Shown: positions 51,886 through 59,910 of the stretch, one piece after another
Layout of the letters: the number at the start of each line of letters is the position of its first letter
How positions within the stretch are numbered: the stretch's first letter is position 1
NCBI GenBank assembly: GCA_018333865.1
Contig: JAGXSE010000061.1
Location: 25,458-89,457, forward strand
DNA length: 64,000 nucleotides
Source: Syntrophomonadaceae bacterium
GTDB lineage: Bacteria > Bacillota > PH28-bin88
Reading direction: 5' to 3'
Made by a program: the position numbers and the translations under genes
Notes under the pieces: generated by a model
The model's input: only the letters and a program-made list of their open reading frames with translations
Told to the model about the DNA's origin: nothing
Database searches by the model: none

Positions 51886-53247
51886 TTAAATTGTTGTATA
51901 ATTTTCCTGCTGGCAAAAACTGCCCGGCGGGATTTGACTATCTTTGCTGGACGCCGCTACCCTGGTTCCCGGGCCGGTCGCAAAACCCTTCGCCGCTTGG
52001 AACAAGGAGGGGTAAATATCAACAAAAGCCTGCACTATCCGCGGATCCAGTTGAGTGCCCGCACACCTGGTTATTTCCTGCAAGGCCGCCTCCGGCGACA
52101 TTGCCGCCCGGTAAGGACGGTCGCTGATCATGGCATCGAAAGCATCGGCCACCGCGATAATCCGGGAGCTAACAGGGATTTCGTCCCCTTTTTTGCCATC
52201 CGGGTAGCCGCGGCCGTCCCACCGCTCATGGTGGTGGCGGATGATCTCCGCCCCTTTTGCCAGCATTTTCACGTTTCTTACGATGTCGGCGCCTATTGCC
52301 GAATGGCACTGCATCTTCTGGAATTCATCGTCATTTAACCGCCCCGGCTTGTGCAGGATTTGTTCACTGGTGCCGATCTTCCCGGCATCGTGCAATAAGG
52401 CGATGTATTTTAAGTCTTCCACTTGATCTTCAGGCATTTTTAACCGCCTGGCAATTTCAACCGCATAGCCGGCCACCCGGTCGGAGTGACCGCGGGTGTA
52501 AGGGTCTTTAGCATCTAAAGCCGCAGTAAGGCTGCGGATGGTATCCAGGAAATTCTCCCGCAGGTCGATATAGGCTTGAAAAGAATAGCGGGCGATGAGT
52601 AGAGGGATAAAAAACAGGATCACGCCCCAAGGCCCTGAATGCAGGTAAATCTGCGCTATTAAATAACCGAGAGGCATTAAAGCCAAACTGTTCGGTATTG
52701 CCCATCGCATATTGCTGATCCACACTGCCTGGGGGGATAACCCTCTGGAAAAAGCAAAGGCCACAGTTACCAGGCTGGTGTTTATGATCAGCAAGGTCAA
52801 CCAGGAGGCGATTGCCGCAATTCCCATGAACAGGCTGCCTGCCGGCAAAGTATATTTTAAGTACTGGAACAAAAGAGCCGACACACCTACCGAAATAGCC
52901 AGCTGCCCTGAATTAAAACACACTTGCAGCAGCCATTTCCCGGTATCTCGCCGGTCAGCAAAAATATCCCCTATTATTGCCACTATGGCCACCAGGGCCG
53001 CAAAAAAAGGCTGAAATAGAAAGATTGCCGCACACCACATAGCAAACCCAACGGAAACAGTGCCGCCGTGGGGCAACTTGACAGGCAGCCATTCGGCCAA
53101 AATGGCCAACAGGACAAACAGGAAAAAACCCAGCCAATCCAATTGGCCTGTATCCATTTCTTTAAATAAGTGGAATACCACCAAAAAACCAAACCCAATT
53201 ACAAAAGAAAAATAAATCTTTGCTTTAATATTACTAGAGCCTCTCAT
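51886..53247 (-). CDS. Membrane-bound HD-GYP c-di-GMP phosphodiesterase
   Basis: About 230 aa of polytopic N-terminal domain, then HSDRVAGYA, LLHDAGKIG and HHERWDGRGYPDG (HD-GYP). Confidence 0.88.
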   Translation of the reverse strand: MRGSSNIKAKIYFSFVIGFGFLVVFHLFKEMDTGQLDWLGFFLFVLLAILAEWLPVKLPHGGTVSVGFAMWCAAIFLFQPFFAALVAIVAIIGDIFADRRDTGKWLLQVCFNSGQLAISVGVSALLFQYLKYTLPAGSLFMGIAAIASWLTLLIINTSLVTVAFAFSRGLSPQAVWISNMRWAIPNSLALMPLGYLIAQIYLHSGPWGVILFFIPLLIARYSFQAYIDLRENFLDTIRSLTAALDAKDPYTRGHSDRVAGYAVEIARRLKMPEDQVEDLKYIALLHDAGKIGTSEQILHKPGRLNDDEFQKMQCHSAIGADIVRNVKMLAKGAEIIRHHHERWDGRGYPDGKKGDEIPVSSRIIAVADAFDAMISDRPYRAAMSPEAALQEITRCAGTQLDPRIVQAFVDIYPSLFQAAKGFATGPGTRVAASSKDSQIPPGSFCQQENYTTI

Positions 53248-53298
53248 ATTATCACATCCCGAGATTATGAGTTACGGGGCCGGCACCCCGTTCAGTCT

Positions 53299-53376
53299 TT
53301 AGGGACCCCATCTAAAACCGGCGCCGCCCGCAAGAACCAAGGTAGCTAAGGCCATCAGCACCTTAAAGAGTTTCAT
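53299..53376 (-). CDS. Possible 25-aa hydrophobic peptide MKLFKVLMALATLVLAGGAGFRWGP upstream of HD-GYP
   Basis: ATG lies 7 nt after AAAGGGGG. The ORF is below the track cut-off, and I have no evidence of conservation. Confidence 0.35.
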   Translation of the reverse strand: MKLFKVLMALATLVLAGGAGFRWGP

Positions 53377-53477
53377 TGACTAACCCCCTTTAAGTAAGCT
53401 CTGCCTGGCCGCTAACAAGCAGGCAATTCCGCTCGCGCCGCTCCGCTTATGAACTTATCCGGCCCCGGTAACTTCCG

Positions 53478-54077
53478 TTATTTTTCCATGGCCGCCAGCC
53501 GGCGGTTAATGGCGTCAAGGGTAGCTTTGGCAGCTGACTCCCGGTCATCTCCGCCCAGGAAGGCGGCACCGATTAAACCCTCTTCTCCTTTTTGCGACAC
53601 CAGGCTGACTGCCACCATTAAAACATCCCGGCCTCCAACCCCTACCTTCTGGACATCTTCCAGGCAAAATTTTTCTGTGCCCCGGCATGCCTCAATTGCA
53701 TCCAGAGTTGCTAAGGCCACTAACTTGAGCCTGTTTTTATTCGTATTAGGTCCTGATGCAGTTCCACTAAAACAGTTTGAACCCGTAGCGATAGATACCA
53801 CAGCCTCTGCAATCTTCCCCTCGGTAAGCAGCTTAACGCTATTCAACCGCAACCGGGCAGACAAACCGGAAGGGACTGTTTCTTTCCCGGCAAACTGAAC
53901 CACACTGATTTTTTTATGGTCCAGGTTAATCCCCATTTGAACCAGCAGGGCGGATTCAATATCCCGCACCAGTTGTTTGGGGAGACGAGTACCGTCGGAG
54001 ATAATGTGGACCTCGTCAATTCCTTCTTTTCCCATAATAACCCGAACTGATAGGACCCCTTTAACCTGCTCGATCAC
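53478..54077 (-). CDS. Uncharacterised ~200-aa protein with an internal duplication (two ...ATLDAI... helices)
   Basis: This is an open frame with typical codon usage. The N-terminal module reads VRVIMGKEGIDEVHIISDGTRLPKQLVRDIESALLVQMGINLDHKKISVVQ. The start codon is uncertain (GTG 54077 has no SD). Confidence 0.6.
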   Translation of the reverse strand: MIEQVKGVLSVRVIMGKEGIDEVHIISDGTRLPKQLVRDIESALLVQMGINLDHKKISVVQFAGKETVPSGLSARLRLNSVKLLTEGKIAEAVVSIATGSNCFSGTASGPNTNKNRLKLVALATLDAIEACRGTEKFCLEDVQKVGVGGRDVLMVAVSLVSQKGEEGLIGAAFLGGDDRESAAKATLDAINRRLAAMEK

Positions 54078-54238
54078 CTGTTCACATTCTGCTGCCTTAT
54101 CCTTGCCGTTCAGAACATCACCTTCTTTAGAACCTTAGTCAGGCCAATATTATTCGACCTTTTTGGGCGTTTTCCCTTTTTTGTTGTCAAATTATTAAAT
54201 ATTTAACCTAAAGATACCAATTGGCTCCAAAATCAGGC

Positions 54239-54269
54239 AAAAAAATGGCCGCCATTTTTCAGGCGGCCA
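54239..54269 (-). terminator. Intrinsic terminator after hpf
   Basis: On the minus strand, TGGCCGCC-tgaaaaa-GGCGGCCA is followed by T7. Confidence 0.8.
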
Positions 54270-54309
54270 AACTTCTTCCCTCATTTTTTCCTACAAAGAA
54301 TATCCCAGA

Positions 54310-54837
54310 TTAAAACTCCGGCTCAATTAACCCGTAATGTCCGTCCTTGCGGCGGTAAACCACATTGACTTCTTCGCTTTCCGCATTAGAAAAAACGAAA
54401 AAACTGTGTCCAATCAAATTCATTTGCATTACGGCTTCCTCAACTGTCATTGGCTTAATGGCAAATCGCTTTGTCCTGATGATTTGGGACTGCTCTTCTT
54501 CATTTTGAATTACCGGAGATACCACGATTTCAACCAGATTCCGGCTTTTGATCTTTTTTATCAGTTTAGTTTTATATTTTTCAACCTGTTTTTCCAGTTT
54601 ATCCATTACCAGGTCAACGGAGGAATACATGTCACCTGTTTCTTCTTCTCCTCTGAGCAAGAAGCCGTTTAGAGGAATAGTCACTTCTACCCGGTGCCGG
54701 TCCTTTTCTACGGATAGGGTTGCTTGGGCTTCCTCAATCTCTCCCAGGAATCTTTCCATCTTGAAGATCCGCTTCTCCACATAGTCCCTAAGCGAGTCTG
54801 TAATTGGGATGTTCTTGCCCCTCACGATCAAGTTCAT
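54310..54837 (-). CDS. hpf: Ribosome hibernation promoting factor, long form
   Basis: An S30AE/YfiA N-domain (MNLIVRGKNIPITDSLRDYVEKR) with a C-terminal dimerisation domain (FFVFSNAESEEVNVVYRRKDGHYGLIEP). AAGGAGG lies 8 nt before ATG 54837. Confidence 0.93.
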   Translation of the reverse strand: MNLIVRGKNIPITDSLRDYVEKRIFKMERFLGEIEEAQATLSVEKDRHRVEVTIPLNGFLLRGEEETGDMYSSVDLVMDKLEKQVEKYKTKLIKKIKSRNLVEIVVSPVIQNEEEQSQIIRTKRFAIKPMTVEEAVMQMNLIGHSFFVFSNAESEEVNVVYRRKDGHYGLIEPEF

Positions 54838-54870
54838 CAAGACATCCTCCTTTCAGAAACTAATTATATT

Positions 54871-55038
54871 GGGGACATTCCGCACAAGAAGCAAGAAGAA
54901 GGACGGATAAACTGTTTCTAGTTCCTAAGCACCTGGCTCTTGTCTCTTGTCTCTTGTCTCTTGTCTCTTGTCTCTTATCTCTTATCTCTTATCTCTTGTC
55001 TCTTGCCTCCTGCCTCCTGCCTCCTGAATGGTGTCCCC
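54871..55038. repeat. Palindromic intergenic element, copy 3
   Basis: GGGGACATTCC ... GTGTCCCC with the core GGACGGATAAACTGTTTCTAGTTCCTAAGCACCTGGCTCTTG. The left arm is short and the right arm is expanded. Confidence 0.85.
54937..55027. repeat. 13-unit heptanucleotide array (CTCTTGT x5, CTCTTAT x3, CTCTTGT, CTCTTGC, CTCCTGC x2, CTCCTGA)
   Basis: I counted the units directly from the sequence. The array forms the right arm of element copy 3. Confidence 0.9.
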
Positions 55039-55120
55039 ATTCCTTATTCCTTATTATTCCCCTGAATGAACAAAAATCCTGCCCGCCCGCCGATATTGGA
55101 GAAAAAATTAATCTCAGGGA

Positions 55121-55153
55121 AAACAAAAACCCTGCGGGAGTTCCAGCAGGGTT
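55121..55153 (-). terminator. Intrinsic terminator after the cold-shock gene
   Basis: On the minus strand, AACCCTGC-tggaactccc-GCAGGGTT is followed by TTTTGTTTT. Confidence 0.75.
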
Positions 55154-55179
55154 ATTGTTACCGCAAGCGAAAATAACTA

Positions 55180-55377
55180 CTAAGCTTTTACCACATTGGC
55201 AGCCTGTGGCCCACGAGGACCGTCCACCATATCAAATCTTACCTGCTGACCCTCGGCAAGAGTTTTAAACCCCTGTTCCTGGATCGCAGAGTAATGAACA
55301 AAAACATCTCCACCATCTTCCCTCTCGATAAAGCCATAACCCTTTTCCTGATTGAACCACTTCACACGACCTAGCAT
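55180..55377 (-). CDS. cspA: Cold-shock protein (CspA family)
   Basis: 65 aa ([32 protein letters not shown]) with RNP1 and RNP2 motifs. GGAGG lies 9 nt upstream. Confidence 0.93.
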   Translation of the reverse strand: MLGRVKWFNQEKGYGFIEREDGGDVFVHYSAIQEQGFKTLAEGQQVRFDMVDGPRGPQAANVVKA

Positions 55378-55432
55378 TCTAAAATTCCTCCCCAAAAAAC
55401 TACTTTGCCAGCGGTGGGCAATAATCTGGCTC

Positions 55433-55462
55433 ATTATAACACCAGCAGGGGATATTTGTCAA
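55433..55462 (-). promoter_or_regulatory. Consensus sigma-A promoter TTGACA-17-TGtTATAAT of the csp gene
   Basis: -35 at 55457..55462. -10 at 55433..55438 with a TG extension. Confidence 0.75.
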
Positions 55463-55783
55463 ACTGACTGCTGTCTTTCCAGCAGCACCTCTACTGGTTG
55501 AATTTTGCTTAAAAAAGTCCTTGCGCGCTATTGGCGGGGGTTTTGGAGGTTTACTATTCCGATACTTTTTGTCGTTATTCTTGTTAATTAACCCCTTTTA
55601 AAACTGATTGCTACCGTAGAATAATACAAGTCCTGTCTCAATTTTACAGCTAGCAATCTTTTCTCGTGAAATAACCCCCTTTTCAGGCTATGCCTGATGC
55701 CACTTGGCAGTCCTTCTTCAGCAATCGCCTTTTTTTATTTGTCGAAAACCGGCTCTTGCAGCAGCTGTCATGCCCCCAAAAAC

Positions 55784-55801
55784 TGTGGATAATGTGGATA
55801 A
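55784..55801 (-). promoter_or_regulatory. Two abutting perfect DnaA boxes (TTATCCACA x2 on the minus strand)
   Basis: The plus strand reads TGTGGATAATGTGGATAA. A third 7/9 box (TGTGGATTT) lies at 55836..55844. Confidence 0.6.
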
Positions 55802-55933
55802 AGCTGTTTATAACTTCTCCCCCAAGGGTTTCATCTGTGGATTTTGCTTTTGCGCAGCAAATATTATGTCACAAAATACCATTTATGGGCTAAATAGTGT
55901 CGAACGGGCGGGAGCGTCAGAGCAGGCAGCCAT

Positions 55934-56644
55934 CTATATGACAAGACTGGCCGCAACCACCGCTATCGAAACCCTGGCGGCTCCCGCCAGCAAGAGGACT
56001 CTGGCGCATTCTCCCGCTGTTGCCCCGGTGGTTAAAACATCATCAACCAATAGCACCTCTTTGTCTTTTACCATCGCCCCGGCTGTCACGGTGAAAGCAC
56101 CGGCAAGGTTCTGCAGCCGTTCCTGACGGTCCAGGCCAGCCTGGGCAGGAGTCTCCCGTGTTTTAGCCAGGCACTCTGCCACAGGCAGTTTGAGACAGTC
56201 TGCTACAGCCTGCGCCAGCATTTCAGCCTGGTTATATCCCCGCTCTTTCCTCCGCCCGGGGGACATCGGGACCGGAACTATTACCGGCCTGGCTGTGATC
56301 AAGTCCTTACCCAGCCATTCGCCAATCAGCCGGCCTAAAGTCCTGGCCACTCTCCGCCGCCGCTGGTATTTCAAGGCCAAAACCGCCCTCTTGAGAGGGT
56401 CGTGATAGGGTCCCAATGACCTGGCAATGCGGAAAAGAGGCGGTGCTGCCCGGCATTCTCCGCACACACCCTCTTTTGGCATCCACCGGCCGCAATAACG
56501 GCAAAAGGCTTTGCTGTCTTGCCAGTTTTTGATCCTGGTAAGGCAGGATGCACAGATGTGGGGTTCGGCTAATTGAAGGTTGCCGCAAAGGTGGCAGACC
56601 GGCCGGGTGGGGAAAAACAATTCAAAAAAGCTTTCCAGGGCCAA
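55934..56644 (-). CDS. comFC: ComFC-like phosphoribosyltransferase-fold competence protein
   Basis: N-terminal CxxC...CxxC Zn ribbon pairs with a PRT motif (VLLVDDVLTTGATA). TTG start 6 nt after GAGGGA. Confidence 0.88.
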   Translation of the reverse strand: MALESFFELFFPTRPVCHLCGNLQLAEPHICASCLTRIKNWQDSKAFCRYCGRWMPKEGVCGECRAAPPLFRIARSLGPYHDPLKRAVLALKYQRRRRVARTLGRLIGEWLGKDLITARPVIVPVPMSPGRRKERGYNQAEMLAQAVADCLKLPVAECLAKTRETPAQAGLDRQERLQNLAGAFTVTAGAMVKDKEVLLVDDVLTTGATAGECARVLLLAGAARVSIAVVAASLVI

Positions 56645-56647
56645 TTG

Positions 56648-58549
56648 CTATCCCTCGGCTTTCATGGTCAGGTAGAAATCGGGGTGCAGGTACCCCCGGC
56701 GAAAGGCCTCCTGGTTCAAGTGCCGGATTTTTTGCATGGCTCCTTTCATGGCCTTGGTGGACCGGTTCCCTACATACCATACCCTTGCGGGAGGCCAACC
56801 ATCCCCGGCACAGCCGGCCAGCTGCACCAAGGTTCCCTCAGTGTATACGTCTTCTGCTTCGGCAAACAGGACAATAACGTTGACTCGCGATAATTTTAGC
56901 GGCTTCTCCGCTACCGGAGTGGTCACAAAAATTGGGAATTCGCCTCTGGCAAAACGGGCTTTTTTCTCTTCCCGCTCTGCATCCCTGGCATGGCTTATAA
57001 AGACCCAATCTTCCTGATAGTGATTAAATGGCGGTAAAACCACTGCCCGCCGGAGAACTTCTCCCGCCCGCTGAGCTAAAAAGGCATGCGGAACAAAAAC
57101 AAATACCTGAGACAGATCCCCTTCCAAGCTTTGATGCAGGATCTGGGCTACGCTTTCCGGCAGTTCCATTTGGTCTCTTCTGTCAATGAGCAGAGATTTT
57201 TCGATCACGAGCTGGGGTTCCGGCAATGGATAACCATTGGCGCCAACCGGCAAGCACACCAGGTGAACCAGGCCGTTTTTCATCCTGGCTAAAAGTTCGG
57301 GTTCAGGGGCTGCAGTAATAAAGGCTGTTTTCCCCTTCTGGACGGTAGCCCGTTCCGCTATTCGCTGCAGCAAGCGGTTGCCGCTTAAAAGCTGCGTCTC
57401 CGATTCATCCACAATTACCAGGGAGAATTTCTGGAAAAAGCTGATCACTTCCGTTGTTGCCGCAATAACCACCTCTGCCTGCCCCAGTTCAGAAGCGCTG
57501 GCAGACCTTGCAGATAAAACCTCTGCCCCGGGAAAAACTCCCTTTATCCGCTGCGTCAGTTCCGTTACCTGATCCCGCCGGGGAGTTGCGATCAGGACCT
57601 GTCCGCCTGAATTAAGCCTTTCTGCTATCCCGTGGAACAGGGCTTTCAGAGGATCTGTCCCTCTTGCCGGCCACACTAGACACTGGGATGGTTCCTGTTC
57701 CCTGGCAAAACGGCGGAATTCACCCGCCGCATCTTTCTCCGCAGGATGACAGGAAGCCGTAGCAAAAAACTCCACCGGCTCTTTGCGGCTCTTCTCCCCA
57801 ACCAGGCCGGCCATCCTATACAAGGGGCGGCACAACCTGGCCTCTCCCATCCCGACGCAGGATATGCAGTGGCCGCAAAGGGGATTTTTACAGTCCAGGC
57901 ACTGGCCGGTTTCCAGGTGGTTTTCCTCCCCGCACCGGTTGCATCTGGCCATTTCTCCGGAATGAAGGGAAAGCCCCGGCAGGCGCAGGGATTCTCCCCG
58001 CAAATGCATCACCTGCAGGCTGTCCTCCAGGGGTGTTCTGAGGCATAATCCTTGTTCCCGCAGGGCAATTTCCAGTTCAGGCAGCCAAAAGCTTCTGCCC
58101 CTTAAAACCAGCCGCAGCCTGTCTAGCTCTGGCTCCGGCGGCAGGGCCGTATTGGCAGCCTGTTCCCAAGTCAGAATTTCTCCCAATGGCCACTCAGCTA
58201 AGCCTATTTTTTGTCCTGCCCGTATTAATGCCCTGTACTTTGCCCGGGCTACCTCTTCACCTGCCGACCGGCCTTTGCCCAGCCCGCTAGCAATCCGGGC
58301 CAAGAGCCGGTGACCCTGCAGCCCGGCCAGGCCTTGCCCTGCCCGTTCCCCTCTGGTTGTGACGGATTCCAGGAGAAAAAGGGCAATGCCAAAAGGCAAA
58401 AAAGGTGTCAGCAATGCCATCCTGCGGTAATTCGATTGATGACCAAGGTATTTCAGGTCGAGGAGAGGATGGTGCGACACCTCCAGCCGGTATTCGACCG
58501 TATTCCAAGCCAGATACACGCAAGTCCTGAGGCAGGACACAAACCTCAC
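56648..58549 (-). CDS. comFA: ComFA-like SF2 helicase-fold protein with an extended N-terminus and degenerate ATPase motifs
   Basis: It has a Zn-finger (CNRCGEENHLETGQCLDCKNPLCGHC), motif Ia (IATPRRDQV), motif II (VIVDESE) and motif III (ITAAP), and lies directly upstream of comFC. The Walker A position reads WPARGTDPLK. The start is uncertain. Confidence 0.7.
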   Translation of the reverse strand: MRFVSCLRTCVYLAWNTVEYRLEVSHHPLLDLKYLGHQSNYRRMALLTPFLPFGIALFLLESVTTRGERAGQGLAGLQGHRLLARIASGLGKGRSAGEEVARAKYRALIRAGQKIGLAEWPLGEILTWEQAANTALPPEPELDRLRLVLRGRSFWLPELEIALREQGLCLRTPLEDSLQVMHLRGESLRLPGLSLHSGEMARCNRCGEENHLETGQCLDCKNPLCGHCISCVGMGEARLCRPLYRMAGLVGEKSRKEPVEFFATASCHPAEKDAAGEFRRFAREQEPSQCLVWPARGTDPLKALFHGIAERLNSGGQVLIATPRRDQVTELTQRIKGVFPGAEVLSARSASASELGQAEVVIAATTEVISFFQKFSLVIVDESETQLLSGNRLLQRIAERATVQKGKTAFITAAPEPELLARMKNGLVHLVCLPVGANGYPLPEPQLVIEKSLLIDRRDQMELPESVAQILHQSLEGDLSQVFVFVPHAFLAQRAGEVLRRAVVLPPFNHYQEDWVFISHARDAEREEKKARFARGEFPIFVTTPVAEKPLKLSRVNVIVLFAEAEDVYTEGTLVQLAGCAGDGWPPARVWYVGNRSTKAMKGAMQKIRHLNQEAFRRGYLHPDFYLTMKAEG

Positions 58550-58743
58550 CCCATTTTTCGTTTGTTAGTCAATTATTCTACATATAGTTAAATTTTTCCT
58601 GCCCCTGCCAGTCCCGGTTGCATATTTCAGGGAATTTTATTAAACTTAGATGCAAATCCTCTTGCCAGCAGGGGATATTATCTGATATACAAGAAAAGGC
58701 GAAAAAGACAGAGAAAAAAGTTTCCCCGGGGAGGCTCCCGCGC

Positions 58744-59895
58744 TTGAAAAGAGAAATTTATCTGGACAACAGCGCGACTACTAAGGTGCTGCCTGAAGTT
58801 GTCGCGACAGTACAGGAAATGATGACAAAAACCTACGGCAACCCCTCTTCTTTGCATAAAATGGGCCTGGCCGCTGAACAGATTGTCCGGCAATCCAGGC
58901 TGACCGTCGCCGGAATAGTTGGGGCCAGGCCGGAAGAGATCTTCTTTTGCTCAGGGGGTACTGAAGCCAATAACTGGGCCATTCAAGGCATTGTCAGGCA
59001 GAGCCGGACCAAACCCTTACATATAATCACCAGCCAGGTTGAACATCCTTCGGTTCTCAGGGCCTGCCAGACAATGGCGCAAGAAGGCCACCAGGTTACC
59101 TTTTTGCCGGTAGATCCGCTGGGGATTGTGGATCCGGCTCTTGTGGAAAAAGCAATTTCTCCTAACACGGTGCTGGTGTCCTTAATGCATGTCAATAACG
59201 AGACAGGTGCCATTCAGCCAATTACAGAGGTAGGCGAAATCCTGCGCCGGCATCCCGCCATAGTTTTCCATGTGGACGGTGTCCAAAGTTTTGCTAAACT
59301 CCCGCTTGATCTTCACAGGGCCGGCATCAGCCTCTTCAGCTTGAGCGGCCACAAAATACATGCTCCTAAGGGGATTGGCGCTCTTTACGTCCGGGCGGGA
59401 ACCCGCCTGACCCCCCTTTTATGGGGCGGAGAGCAGGAGGGCAACCTGCGGGCCGGCACTGAAAACGTGCCGGGGATTGCCGCTCTCGCAATGGCAGCTG
59501 CCATTGCCGGCAGGCATCTGGTTGATTTCTGCCATAAAATGAGCGAGCTGCGGAACAGTTTTTTAGCCCAAATTTTCTCCCGGCTGGACAGGGTGAAGGT
59601 GAACAGCCCCATTGATGATACAGGGACCCCCCACATCCTTAACCTTTCTTTCGAAGGTGTCAAGGCTGAGGTACTTTTGCGGATGCTTCAGGACCAGGGG
59701 ATTTTTGCCTCCGCCGGTTCAGCTTGTCATTCCAGGCGGACTGCGGCCAGTCATGTCCTTACCGCCATGGGCTTGCAGAAGAAACACCTGGAAGGGGCTA
59801 TTCGCTTTAGCTTTTCTGTCCTTAACAGCAAAGAGGAGATCAACCTGGCGGCAGGGAAGATAGTAGAGGCAGTAACTGAGTTAAGAAGTTTTTAA
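58744..59895 (+). CDS. Cysteine desulfurase (NifS/NifZ/IscS class V aminotransferase)
   Basis: IYLDNSATT, SGHKIHAPKGIGALYV (PLP Lys) and SAGSACHS (catalytic Cys). I place the start at TTG 58744 after GGGGAGG. The track ORF starts at 58618. Confidence 0.9.
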   Translation: MKREIYLDNSATTKVLPEVVATVQEMMTKTYGNPSSLHKMGLAAEQIVRQSRLTVAGIVGARPEEIFFCSGGTEANNWAIQGIVRQSRTKPLHIITSQVEHPSVLRACQTMAQEGHQVTFLPVDPLGIVDPALVEKAISPNTVLVSLMHVNNETGAIQPITEVGEILRRHPAIVFHVDGVQSFAKLPLDLHRAGISLFSLSGHKIHAPKGIGALYVRAGTRLTPLLWGGEQEGNLRAGTENVPGIAALAMAAAIAGRHLVDFCHKMSELRNSFLAQIFSRLDRVKVNSPIDDTGTPHILNLSFEGVKAEVLLRMLQDQGIFASAGSACHSRRTAASHVLTAMGLQKKHLEGAIRFSFSVLNSKEEINLAAGKIVEAVTELRSF

Positions 59896-59910
59896 GAGGA
59901 GGCAACACCC

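Noticed and set aside
54954-55268. 104-aa plus-strand ORF (MSLVSCLLSLISYLLSLASCLLPP...)
   Set aside because: It is the translation of the heptamer microsatellite and then of the antisense strand of the csp gene. It has no RBS.
55659-55676. parS-like sequence (minus strand TATTTCACGAGAAAAG)
   Set aside because: It has 4 mismatches to the 16-bp TGTTNCACGTGAAACA consensus and has lost the palindromic symmetry.
55784-55844. Replication origin (oriC) because of perfect DnaA boxes
   Set aside because: No dnaA, dnaN, rpmH or gidA context is present, only 2-3 boxes occur, and I saw no adjacent AT-rich 13-mer-type unwinding element. I kept it as a DnaA-box cluster finding instead.
55704-56126. 140-aa plus-strand ORF
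   Set aside because: It runs from the intergenic region into the antisense strand of comFC. The Ala/Thr-rich sequence is typical of a shadow frame.
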